Position numbers and translations under genes: made by a program. A stretch of DNA of 64,000 nt, from NCBI GenBank assembly GCA_963767005.1, contig CAVYCN010000002.1, positions 448,001 to 512,000 of the forward strand, in the 5' to 3' direction. Of this stretch, positions 1 to 9,985 are shown piece after piece. The first letter of the stretch is position 1. Each line of letters starts with the position of its first letter. The DNA is from an uncultured Actinomycetes bacterium. GTDB taxonomy: Bacteria > Actinomycetota > Thermoleophilia > UBA2241. Under the pieces are notes generated by a model. The model saw nothing but the letters and a program-made list of their open reading frames with translations, was not told the DNA's origin and made no database searches.

Positions 1-21
1 CCCGATGTCGGGTGGGGCCGC

Positions 22-1299
22 TCACCGCGCCCCCGCGCAGCGCGGCCGGTGCCGCAGACGGTAGCGACCGGCCTGCGCCTCGAGCAGGCCTTCGAGCTCG
101 AGTGCCGACAGTGCAGCGGCCACGGTCGGCTGGTCGAGCGAGAGAGCGAGCTCGAGCTGGTCGACCGTGTGCTGCCCGCGTCGCAGTGCGCCGAGCACAC
201 GGCCGACCGGTCCGTCGGGGTCGATGCCCGGAGCTGAGGCGCACGGCCCGCCGTCTGCCCGCGTTTCTTCAGGCGACCCCCCACTGTGGCGACCCTGGTC
301 GCCGCCCGCGGCCCGAGCACCGCCCCGCCGCCACGCCGCCGCGGGCAGCAGGGCGAGCACGTCGTCGGGGGACTCGCACAGATGGGCGCCGTCGCGCAGC
401 AGTCGATGGGGCCCCGCCGACAGGGCCCGACCCGCCTCGCCCGGCACGGCGAGCACGTCGCGGCCGATGTCGAGGGCGTAGGCCGCGGTGTGCAGCGCAC
501 CGCTTGTGTCGCGACCCTCGACCACGACCACGGCGTCGGCGAGAGCGGCGATCAGCCGATTCCGGGCCGGGAACCGCCACGGCGCCGGCGGCAAGGCCCA
601 GCCGTACTCGGACAGCAGCACGCCGCGGCGCTCGATGTCGGTGAAGAGCGCCGCGTTGGTGCGCGGCACAGCGAGGCGCACGCCGGCGCCGAGCACACCG
701 GCGAAGGCGACTGGGATTTCGTCGCGCCCGTCCGCCGCGCCCGCCCCGTGGCCGGGCGAGGCGGGCCGCACCGCTGCGGGAGCTCCCTCGAGCGCCCCGA
801 CGTGGGCTTGGGCGTCGATGCCGAGTGCCATGCCGCTTACCACGTTGACGCCGGCGCGCGCCAGACCGGCCCCGAGCAGCCAGGCCATCTCGAGCCCGTA
901 GGGCGACGGCCGGCGCGCGCCGACGACCGCCACGCTGGGCCGCTGGGCCAGCGCGCGCAGCGCCGTCCGCCAGTGCAGTCCGCGCACGTACAAGGCCGGC
1001 GGCGGGTCGAAGAGGTCGCGCAGGCCGGGTGGGTACTCGAGATCGGTCCAGGCGACCACCGCTTCGTGCCCCTCGGGTCGCGCGCCGCTGACCGTCCACG
1101 CCTCGGCGCCGTCGGCGGCCGCGGCGCCGCGCGCACCGTCGGCGAGGGCCGGCAGCGGGGCTGCGAGCGCCTCGGCGAAACCGCCGTGGGCCTTGACGAG
1201 GCGGGCGACGAGGCCGCGGTCGCGCGCCGCCCGTTCGGCGAGCCGAAGGCAGCGCTCGCGCCACGCAGACCCGCTCTGGACCGGGGAAGCGCCGCTCAT
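22..1299 (-). CDS. dprA: DNA-processing protein DprA
   Basis: Motifs YPPGLRDLFDPPPALY, VAVVGARRPSPYG, VSGMALGIDAQAH and FPARNRLIAAL; C-terminal winged helix. ATG at 1299 overlaps the comM stop (ATGA). Confidence 0.93.
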   Translation of the reverse strand: MSGASPVQSGSAWRERCLRLAERAARDRGLVARLVKAHGGFAEALAAPLPALADGARGAAAADGAEAWTVSGARPEGHEAVVAWTDLEYPPGLRDLFDPPPALYVRGLHWRTALRALAQRPSVAVVGARRPSPYGLEMAWLLGAGLARAGVNVVSGMALGIDAQAHVGALEGAPAAVRPASPGHGAGAADGRDEIPVAFAGVLGAGVRLAVPRTNAALFTDIERRGVLLSEYGWALPPAPWRFPARNRLIAALADAVVVVEGRDTSGALHTAAYALDIGRDVLAVPGEAGRALSAGPHRLLRDGAHLCESPDDVLALLPAAAWRRGGARAAGGDQGRHSGGSPEETRADGGPCASAPGIDPDGPVGRVLGALRRGQHTVDQLELALSLDQPTVAAALSALELEGLLEAQAGRYRLRHRPRCAGAR

Positions 1300-2822
1300 C
1301 TGCCCTCTGTCGCGGCGTCGCGGTACGAGAGGCTCTCGAGGACGTGGCGCTCGGCCACGACGTCGGCTCCCTCGAGGTCGGCGATCGACTGGGCCACCTT
1401 GGCGATGCGGTCGCAGGCTCGAGCGCTCAGGCGGAACTTGTCGTAGGCGCGATCGAGCGCGGCGACGGCCGCAGGCTCGAGAGGGCACAGCTCGCGCAGG
1501 CCGCGCGCCGACAGATGGGCGTTCGCCGTGACGCCGGCGACCGCCAGCCGCCGACGCTGGCGCTCCCTGGCGAAGGACACACGCGCGCGCACCGACGCCG
1601 AGGGCTCGCCCGAGACCCGGCCGCGGCGTTCGCGTGGCGTGAGGCGTGGCACCTCGATACGGAGATCGATGCGGTCGAGCAGGGGGCCGCTCAGCCGCTG
1701 CCCGTAGGTGTCGAGCCGGTGAGCGGGGCAGGTGCACGCGTGGCTCCTGTCGCCGCGAAAGCCGCACGGGCATGGGTTCATCGCGGCCACCAGCATGATG
1801 CGCGCCGGGAAGGTGACCGATGTGAGCGCCCGCGAGATCGTCACGTCGCCGTCTTCAAGCGGTTGCCGCAATCCCTCGAGCGCGCTCAGGCGGAACTCGG
1901 GGAACTCGTCGAGGAAGAGCACGCCGAGGTGGGCCAGGCTCACCTCGCCGGGACGCGGCGTCGCGCCACCGCCGACCAGGCCGACGGCGGAGATGGTGTG
2001 GTGCGGCGCGCGGAACGGGCGGCGGACCACCAGCGCGACGCCCTCGGGCAGCAGCCCTGCCACGCTGTAGATACGGGTGACGTCGATCGCCTCGTCGACC
2101 GAGAGCGGCGGCATGATCGACGGCACGCGCCGAGCGAGCATGGTCTTGCCGGCGCCCGGCGGGCCGACCATGAGCAGGTTGTGCGCACCGGCGACGGCGA
2201 TCTCGAGGGCTCGCTTGACGCGCCCCTGGCCCAGCACGTCGGCCAGGTCGACGCCGCTGTCGGCGTCGGCGCGCAGGAGCTCGTCGGTGTCGGGGCGCTC
2301 GACCGCCGGACACGGACCGCCCGCCAGCAGCCCGGCGGCCTCGCCCAGCGTCGCGGCCGGCAGCACCTGCAGGCCACGCACGAGGGCGGCTTCACGGGCG
2401 TTGCCCGTCGGCACGAGCAGCGCCCGCAGGCCGCGCCGGCGGGCGCTCTGTGCGACGGCGAGCACCCCGGCCACCGGACGCACCGCGCCGTCGAGCCCGA
2501 GCTCGCCGATCGCGGCCGCTCCGGAGAGCGAGCAGCGCGCCTGGCCTGTCGCGCAGAGGAGTGCGAGGGCGATCGGCAGGTCGAACGCCGGACCCTCCTT
2601 GCGGACGTCGGCCGGCGCCAGGTTGACGGTGATGCGTCGAGATGGAAAGTCGTAGCCGGAGTTCACGATCGCGGTCCGCACGCGCTCGCGGCTCTCCTGC
2701 ACGGCGGCGTCGGGCAAGCCGACGATCGTGAAGGCCGGCGCCGCCGGCACGACGTCGGCTTCGACGCCGACAGGGTGGCTGTCGAGACCGGACAGCGCCT
2801 CGCTGTGCACACGGGCCAGCAC
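1296..2822 (-). CDS. comM: YifB/ComM Mg-chelatase-like AAA+ ATPase
   Basis: Motifs IVGLPDAAVQESRERV, GPPGAGKT, RPFRAPHH, GEVSLAHLGVLFLDE and MNPCPCG. Confidence 0.95.
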   Translation of the reverse strand: MLARVHSEALSGLDSHPVGVEADVVPAAPAFTIVGLPDAAVQESRERVRTAIVNSGYDFPSRRITVNLAPADVRKEGPAFDLPIALALLCATGQARCSLSGAAAIGELGLDGAVRPVAGVLAVAQSARRRGLRALLVPTGNAREAALVRGLQVLPAATLGEAAGLLAGGPCPAVERPDTDELLRADADSGVDLADVLGQGRVKRALEIAVAGAHNLLMVGPPGAGKTMLARRVPSIMPPLSVDEAIDVTRIYSVAGLLPEGVALVVRRPFRAPHHTISAVGLVGGGATPRPGEVSLAHLGVLFLDEFPEFRLSALEGLRQPLEDGDVTISRALTSVTFPARIMLVAAMNPCPCGFRGDRSHACTCPAHRLDTYGQRLSGPLLDRIDLRIEVPRLTPRERRGRVSGEPSASVRARVSFARERQRRRLAVAGVTANAHLSARGLRELCPLEPAAVAALDRAYDKFRLSARACDRIAKVAQSIADLEGADVVAERHVLESLSYRDAATEGR

Positions 2823-2840
2823 CGGACCTCCCCCGCCTTT

Positions 2841-3218
2841 TCAGTCGCCCGCTTCGAAGGCGGCACGCAGGTGGCGCAGCTGCGGGCGTTGTCCGCCGGC
2901 CTCGACGGCGATGATGTCGAATCGCACGTCGGTGACACCGGCGAGCGCCCGCGGATGGCTGCCCAGCCACAGGGCGGCGAGACGCGCTATCTGCCTGCGC
3001 TTGCGCGGCGTGACGGCGTCTTCGGGGCTGCCACAGGTACGCGTGCGCCGCGCTTTGACCTCGATGAAGGCGAGGACCGGCCCGCGCCGCGCGATGATGT
3101 CGATCTCGCCGCGGCCGACCCGCTGGTTGACGGCGATGATGCGGTAGGCCTGGTGCTGCAGGAAGGATACGGCCAGGCGCTCGGCGGCGCGGCCGAAGTC
3201 GTGGGAGTCGGGCTGCAC
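2841..3218 (-). CDS. yraN: YraN (UPF0102) family nuclease
   Basis: Motifs GEIDIIAR, FIEVKAR and RFDIIAV. GTG start at 3218 follows GGAGG. Confidence 0.9.
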   Translation of the reverse strand: MQPDSHDFGRAAERLAVSFLQHQAYRIIAVNQRVGRGEIDIIARRGPVLAFIEVKARRTRTCGSPEDAVTPRKRRQIARLAALWLGSHPRALAGVTDVRFDIIAVEAGGQRPQLRHLRAAFEAGD

Positions 3219-3343
3219 GTGGCCTCCTTCGCCCATCCGGCCAGGGCCGGACGGCAGACGGCGGGACGCCGCCGACGCTATCCCGCGGCGCTGAACCGAA
3301 GAAGGCGCGCGAAGGGCCGGCGCCGGTGACAACGCCGCTACGT

Positions 3344-4018
3344 CTACCGCAGCGGCGTCACCGGGTGCTCGAGCTGCTCGCTCTCCAGCTCGAGTCCGAG
3401 CTGCTCATACGCCACGCTGGCAAACGAGAGGCGGTGCAGGGCGCTCACGCCGTGCTCGAGGATCGCCTGCCGGTGATCAGGGCACGAGTAGCCGACGTGA
3501 TGGTCGAAGCCGTAAGCCGGGTAGTGCTCGTGCAGGGCGATCATGAGCCGGTCGCGGCTGACCTTGGCGACGATCGAGGCGGCGGCGACGGCCGCGGAAC
3601 GGCCGTCGCCGCCGACGAGAGCCTCGTGCTCGACGGTGCTCTCCCGCAGGGGGAACCCGTCGACGAACGTCGGTCCGCCCACCGGTCCCAGCAGGGCGAG
3701 CGCCCGGTCGAGTGCGAAGAGGTTGCAGCGGTGCAGGCCGCGCCCGTCGATCGACGCAGGCGAGCACGACACGACGGCGAGGCGTGCGGCGCGCACGACC
3801 ACCGCGGCGTAGACCACCTCGCGCGCGGCCCGGCTGAGCTTCTTCGAATCGTCGAGCGCGTCGAGCGCCGCGACATCGTCGTCGGTGAAGGACCGATACT
3901 CGAAGCAGACGGCGGCGGCCACGATCGGACCGGCGAGACAGCCGCGGCCGGCCTCGTCGGCGCCGGCCACGGGGCCGCCTGCGCCGCGCTCGAGGTCGAA
4001 GCAGAAGCGCGGGTTCAC
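3344..4018 (-). CDS. rnhB: Ribonuclease HII
   Basis: Motifs GADEAGRGCLAGP, DSKKL and AAASIVAKVSRD. Confidence 0.95.
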   Translation of the reverse strand: MNPRFCFDLERGAGGPVAGADEAGRGCLAGPIVAAAVCFEYRSFTDDDVAALDALDDSKKLSRAAREVVYAAVVVRAARLAVVSCSPASIDGRGLHRCNLFALDRALALLGPVGGPTFVDGFPLRESTVEHEALVGGDGRSAAVAAASIVAKVSRDRLMIALHEHYPAYGFDHHVGYSCPDHRQAILEHGVSALHRLSFASVAYEQLGLELESEQLEHPVTPLR

Positions 4019-4036
4019 GCCGATCCCCTGAGCGGC

Positions 4037-4645
4037 CTAGGGCAGGCCGAGACGGGTCACGGGCCAGTAGATGAAGAAGGCGCGGCCGATCAGATCGGAC
4101 GCCGGCACCGGCCCCCATACGCGGCTGTCGTCGCTGTCGGTGCGGTTGTCGCCCATCATGAAGTAGTGGCCGACCGGCACCGTGTACGGCCGGTTCAAGG
4201 ACCAAGGCTCCGACATCGTCGAGCCGGACACCGGCGACGCGGGCTCGGTGGGCACCGGGCGCCCGGCAAGCTTCGGGAGATAGGGTTCGTGCAATCGCAC
4301 CCCGTTCACGTAGACGGCCCCGTCACGCAACGAGATCGTATCGCCCGGACGCCCGATGAGCCGCTTGATGAAGACCACGTGGGTGTCGAGCGGATACCTG
4401 AACACGACGATGTCGCCGCGCCCGGGCGACGTGAAGTGGTACAGGAAGCGGGCCACGAGCACGCGGTCGCGGGGTTGCAGGGTGGGCACCATCGACGGCG
4501 ACGGGATGCGGTAAGGCTTGACGACGTACGCCTGCAACAAAAAGGCGACGGCGAGCGCCACCACCAGGATGATGCCGTACTCGACGAAGATCCTGCGAGG
4601 CGACGACGACCGGGTCCGCCCTTCGGCGGACGCGCTCTCGGTCAC
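4037..4645 (-). CDS. lepB: Signal peptidase I
   Basis: TM helix followed by IPSPSMVPTL, FIKRLIG and MGDNRTDSDDSR. Confidence 0.95.
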   Translation of the reverse strand: MTESASAEGRTRSSSPRRIFVEYGIILVVALAVAFLLQAYVVKPYRIPSPSMVPTLQPRDRVLVARFLYHFTSPGRGDIVVFRYPLDTHVVFIKRLIGRPGDTISLRDGAVYVNGVRLHEPYLPKLAGRPVPTEPASPVSGSTMSEPWSLNRPYTVPVGHYFMMGDNRTDSDDSRVWGPVPASDLIGRAFFIYWPVTRLGLP

Positions 4646-4658
4646 GGCGCGCGGCGGC

Positions 4659-5003
4659 CTAGTGCTGCTTCTCGCGCACCCGGGCCTGCTTGCCGACCTT
4701 CTTGCGCAGGTAGTACAGCTTGGCCCGACGCACGTCGCCCACCATCGTGAGCTCGATCTTCTCGATCTTGGGCGAGTGCAGCGGGAACGTGCGCTCGACG
4801 CCGACGCCGAAGGACTGCTTGCGGACCGTGAACGTCTCGCGCACGCCGCTGCCCTGGCGCTTGATGACCGTGCCCTGGTAGACCTGCGTACGCTGCCGGC
4901 TGCCCTCGATGACCTTGAAGTGCACCTTGACGGTGTCGCCCGCCTTGAACTGCGGGATGTCGTCGCGCAACTGCTTGCGTTCGATGTTTTCGATGATCGT
5001 CAC
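4659..5003 (-). CDS. rplS: 50S ribosomal protein L19
   Basis: Motifs [19 protein letters not shown] and [10 protein letters not shown]. Likely GTG start at 5003. Confidence 0.97.
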   Translation of the reverse strand: MTIIENIERKQLRDDIPQFKAGDTVKVHFKVIEGSRQRTQVYQGTVIKRQGSGVRETFTVRKQSFGVGVERTFPLHSPKIEKIELTMVGDVRRAKLYYLRKKVGKQARVREKQH

Positions 5004-5034
5004 GGGAGCCTCTTTCGGAAGAAATGCGCACGGC

Positions 5035-5064
5035 ACTTTACCAGACTCGGGGGCCCGCTGCCAA
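5035..5064 (-). promoter_or_regulatory. SigA-type promoter for rplS
   Basis: TTGGCA-N18-TAAAGT with an extended TG. Confidence 0.6.
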
Positions 5065-5077
5065 GCGCGGCCGACGG

Positions 5078-5755
5078 CTACGCTCGCCCCCGTCCTTCCC
5101 CGCCGCCCAGCCGCTCACGCCGCCAGCGCTCGACCGCTCCGTGGTCGCCCGACAGCAGCACGGCTGGCACTTCCCAACCCTGGAACTCGGGCGGACGCGT
5201 GTAGTGCGGGTATTCGAGCGCGCCGCCCAGGGCGGGCGAGAACGAGTCGCCGGCCACGCTCTCGGGGTTCGAAACGGCGCCCTCGATCTTGCGCACCACG
5301 GCATCGAGCAGGACCTGGGCCGCGAGCTCACCGCCGGCCAGCACGTACGGACCCACGGAGACACGGTCGCTCACGAGGTGGGCGACCCTTTCGTCGATCC
5401 CCTCGTACCGTCCGCAGAGCACGCACAGGTCGCCGCCGGCGAGATCGCCGGCGAGCGCGTCGTCGAGCTGCCGCCCGCGAGGCGTGAGCTCGACGACGCG
5501 GCGTGTCGTCGCGAGCCGGTCGGGAGCGCAGTCGAAGACGGCCGCCAGGGCGGTCCACACCACGTCGATGCGCAGCACCATGCCGGCGCCGCCGCCGTAG
5601 GGCGTATCGTCGACCTGGCCGTGGCCCAGTGGCGTCGTGTCGCGGTAGTTCCAGAGGTTGAGCTCGACCCCCAGGGAGCGCGCCCGCGCGACGTGGACCT
5701 GACGTTCGAACCAGGCGAAGGCGTCGGGAAACAGTGTGAAGACGTCGATGCGCAC
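5078..5755 (-). CDS. trmD: tRNA (guanine-N1)-methyltransferase
   Basis: Motifs [23 protein letters not shown] and LEYPHYTRP. Confidence 0.97.
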   Translation of the reverse strand: MRIDVFTLFPDAFAWFERQVHVARARSLGVELNLWNYRDTTPLGHGQVDDTPYGGGAGMVLRIDVVWTALAAVFDCAPDRLATTRRVVELTPRGRQLDDALAGDLAGGDLCVLCGRYEGIDERVAHLVSDRVSVGPYVLAGGELAAQVLLDAVVRKIEGAVSNPESVAGDSFSPALGGALEYPHYTRPPEFQGWEVPAVLLSGDHGAVERWRRERLGGGEGRGRA

Positions 5756-6292
5756 CTACAGCAGGCCCTCCCGCACCGTGATGACGCGGTGCTCGCGGTC
5801 GACCTCGACCAGCTCGGCGACGAACGGCACCAGGGTGTGCGCGCCATCGGGCGCAACGATCTCGATGATGTCGTGGGCGGGATTCATGAGCACGTCGGCG
5901 ACGACGCCCAGCTCGACGCCGCCGGCGAGCACGCGGGCGCCAACGAGCTCGGACACCGCATAGTGGTCGACCCCTTCGTCGAGGCGCTCCCCGGTGGCCA
6001 GGACGACCGTGCCGTGCAGCTCCTGGACCGCCGCGCGCGTGTCGACACCGTCGAGCCGCACGAGCGGGCGCCGGTCGGTGCCGCCGGCCCGCGTCAGGAC
6101 GACGGCACGCGGAACGTCGGCGTCGGCGGACTCCATGAAGAAGCGCTCCCCCTCAGTCAGACAGGCGAGGCCGCCGGGGAGCAGGTCGAGGTAGAACTCG
6201 CCACTCAGGCCGTGCGCCCGGCCGACGGTGCCGCAGGCCCACAGGCCGGGAGCCATGGAAGAGTCAGCGCCGATGATCGGCTTCGCCGTCAT
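5756..6292 (-). CDS. rimM: Ribosome maturation factor RimM
   Basis: Motifs GRAHGLSGE and LVPFVAELV; position between khpA and trmD. Confidence 0.9.
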   Translation of the reverse strand: MTAKPIIGADSSMAPGLWACGTVGRAHGLSGEFYLDLLPGGLACLTEGERFFMESADADVPRAVVLTRAGGTDRRPLVRLDGVDTRAAVQELHGTVVLATGERLDEGVDHYAVSELVGARVLAGGVELGVVADVLMNPAHDIIEIVAPDGAHTLVPFVAELVEVDREHRVITVREGLL

Positions 6293-6322
6293 CGCTCAGG
6301 CGTGCGTACCTTCGTTGCGCGC

Positions 6323-6583
6323 CTAGTCGACGATCTCGACGATGGCGCGCTTGCCGTCGCGCACGGCGCTCGCCTTGATGATGGTCCGCAGCGCGCGCGC
6401 GATGCGCCCCTGCTTGCCGATCACCTTGCCGACGTCGTCCTTGGCGACGGACAGCTCGAGCACGACGGTCGTGTCGGTCTCGGTCGCCTGCACGTGGACC
6501 TCGTCGGGCGTGTCGACAAGCGACTTGGCCAGGTACTCGAGCAGGTCCTTCAGGACCACGCCCTCTGTCGCGTCCACCGCCAT
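6323..6583 (-). CDS. khpA: KH-domain RNA-binding protein KhpA
   Basis: Motif DVGKVIGKQGRIARALR; rpsP-rimM context. Confidence 0.92.
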   Translation of the reverse strand: MAVDATEGVVLKDLLEYLAKSLVDTPDEVHVQATETDTTVVLELSVAKDDVGKVIGKQGRIARALRTIIKASAVRDGKRAIVEIVD

Positions 6584-6585
6584 CT

Positions 6586-6831
6586 CTAGGCGTCGATGCC
6601 CTTGATGGCCAGGAGCCGCTTGACGGTACGCGACGGCTGGGCGCCCTTGTGCAGCCAGTCGCTGGCCTTCTCGGCGTCGATCTCGATCAAGGAGGGGGTC
6701 TGCCGCGGGTTGTACTGACCGATGGTCTCGATAGAGCGCCCATCACGCGGCGACCGGGCGTCGGCCACCACGATGCGGTACACGGGGTTTTTGGCGCTCC
6801 CGACCCTGCTCAGCCTCATACGGACGGCCAA
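6586..6831 (-). CDS. rpsP: 30S ribosomal protein S16
   Basis: Motifs [15 protein letters not shown] and GAQPS. Likely TTG start at 6831. Confidence 0.97.
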   Translation of the reverse strand: MAVRMRLSRVGSAKNPVYRIVVADARSPRDGRSIETIGQYNPRQTPSLIEIDAEKASDWLHKGAQPSRTVKRLLAIKGIDA

Positions 6832-6999
6832 CTCATCACCTCTTCCCACTGATGAACATGAGGCGCTCCCGCGCCCCGAACGTCGCCCATGATATCACAG
6901 CGGCTCGAGGCGGCGCCCGGACCCGCGCGCGCCGCTGCAGGGTCTACCTCGACGCGGCCGCCGGCGCACCGCGCGCCGGGCCCGGCTCGAAAAGCCGGC

Positions 7000-8331
<1,332 letters not shown>

Positions 8332-8391
8332 GACGCTGGCCAGTCCTCTCGCTGGGGACGACGGTGGGAGGGTACCCGCCGGCAGGCGATT

Positions 8392-8973
8392 CTACCGCGC
8401 GCCGCGGCGCCGCGGAAGGCCGCCGTCGACGGCCAGGCCGCGCCGCCCGAGGGTGAGCCGGCGCCGCGACGCCGGCAGCTCGAGCGCCCACATGCGGTGC
8501 GGCAGGCCGGCCCAGGCGAGCTCGCGCTCCGGGATCATGCCGAGACGGCGGGCCACCGCCTCGGAGCGCGGGTTGTCGACGTAGATGAGGCTCACCACGC
8601 GATGCAGGCCCAGCCGGCGAGCGTGCTCGAGGCAGGCCGCGCCGGCCTCGGTGGCGTAGCCCTGCCCCCAGTAGCCGTGGTGCAGGTGGTAGCCGAGCTC
8701 GACCACATGGGCCCCTTCGAGGTCGCGCCACACGAGCCCGGCCCCGCCGATCACCTTGCCGCTCGCCCTGAGCACTACGGCCCGCCGCCCGGTCCCGTCA
8801 CGCCCGGCCAGCCCCATCTCGTCGGCCAGCCAGCGCTGCGCCCGCTCGCGCGTGAACGGCTCCTTCTCCCACCAGAACACGGCCGGGTCGGCCAGGATCT
8901 CGGCGACGTCGTCCAGGTCGGCCGGCGCGTAGTCGCGGACCGTCAGGCGCGGCGTCTCGAGCGCGAGGGTCAC
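8392..8973 (-). CDS. GNAT N-acetyltransferase (RimJ/RimL-like)
   Basis: Motifs LETPRLTVR, ELGYHL, WGQGYATEA and DNPRSEAVARRLGM. GTG start overlaps the ftsY stop. Confidence 0.85.
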   Translation of the reverse strand: MTLALETPRLTVRDYAPADLDDVAEILADPAVFWWEKEPFTRERAQRWLADEMGLAGRDGTGRRAVVLRASGKVIGGAGLVWRDLEGAHVVELGYHLHHGYWGQGYATEAGAACLEHARRLGLHRVVSLIYVDNPRSEAVARRLGMIPERELAWAGLPHRMWALELPASRRRLTLGRRGLAVDGGLPRRRGAR

Positions 8974-9980
8974 GAGCCCCGCTGCCCGTCGTCGAGGAAC
9001 AGCGCCCGGGCGAACTCGTCGGCGTCGAAGGGGCGCAGGTCTTCGAGCCTCTCCCCCACGCCGATCAGCTTGATCGGGATGCCGAGCTCCTCGCGGATGG
9101 CGATCACGATACCGCCCTTCGCGGTGCCGTCGAGCTTGGTGAGCACGATGCCGGTGACGTCGACCGCTTCGGCGAACACCTGGGCCTGGCGCAGACCGTT
9201 CTGCCCCGTCGTCGCGTCGATCACGAGCAGGGTCTCGTGCGGCCCGCCGGGCACCTGCCGCTCGATCACGCGACGCACCTTGGCGAGCTCGTTCATGAGG
9301 TTCACCTGGGTGTGGAGACGCCCGGCGGTGTCGACGATCACGACGTCGGCGCCACGCGAGCGGGCGGCCGCGACGCCGTCGTACACGACCGCGGCCGGGT
9401 CGCTGCCGGCCGCCTGACGGACGATCTCGCAGCCCACCCGCGAAGCCCACTCGGAGAGCTGCTCCACGGCCGCGGCCCTGAACGTGTCGGCGGCCACCAT
9501 CAACGGCCGCTTGCCGAGCTCGTCGAGGCGAAAGGCGAGCTTGCCGATCGTCGTTGTCTTGCCGGTGCCGTTCACGCCGACCAGGAGAAGGACCGCGGGC
9601 GCACCGCTCACGTCGATCAGACGTCGCTCGGGATCGTCGGGCTGCAGCATCGCGGCGACGATGGCGGCGAGGCGCTCGAGCAGGTCCTCGCGGGTCGTCA
9701 GGCGCTGCTCGGCGGCGTCGGCCTCGAGCTGCTCGACGATGCGCACCGTGGCCTCGATGCCGACGTCGGCGAAGATGAGCGCCTCCTCGACCTGCTCCCA
9801 CAACTCGTCGGTGATGCCCTCGAACATGATGGAGCGGACGTGGTCGCGCAGGGCACCGCCAGCCTTGCCGATGTTGTCCCGCAGCCGGCCGAACAGGCCG
9901 CGCCGCTCCTCTGCCTCGTGCTCGACGGCCGCCGGCGGCAGCTCGGTCGAGAGGCCCTTGAACGCCTCGTGCCAGTCCAC
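8970..9980 (-). CDS. ftsY: SRP receptor FtsY
   Basis: Motifs GVNGTGKTTTIGKLA, DTFRAAA and TKLDGTAKGG. Confidence 0.96.
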   Translation of the reverse strand: MDWHEAFKGLSTELPPAAVEHEAEERRGLFGRLRDNIGKAGGALRDHVRSIMFEGITDELWEQVEEALIFADVGIEATVRIVEQLEADAAEQRLTTREDLLERLAAIVAAMLQPDDPERRLIDVSGAPAVLLLVGVNGTGKTTTIGKLAFRLDELGKRPLMVAADTFRAAAVEQLSEWASRVGCEIVRQAAGSDPAAVVYDGVAAARSRGADVVIVDTAGRLHTQVNLMNELAKVRRVIERQVPGGPHETLLVIDATTGQNGLRQAQVFAEAVDVTGIVLTKLDGTAKGGIVIAIREELGIPIKLIGVGERLEDLRPFDADEFARALFLDDGQRGS

Positions 9981-9985
9981 CCTCG

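Noticed and set aside
1300-1773. Long N-terminal extensions in the ORF track (dprA, ftsY, GNAT, pyrG, dxs, nusB, pilO, minor pilins, pilA1)
   Set aside because: They overlap upstream genes or regulatory RNA; downstream starts with an SD or stop-start coupling fit better.
3219-3343. Shared competence motif between the yraN and minor-pilin upstream regions (GTCACC, CCCGCCGTCT)
   Set aside because: Short GC-rich matches with inconsistent spacing; not distinguishable from chance by eye.
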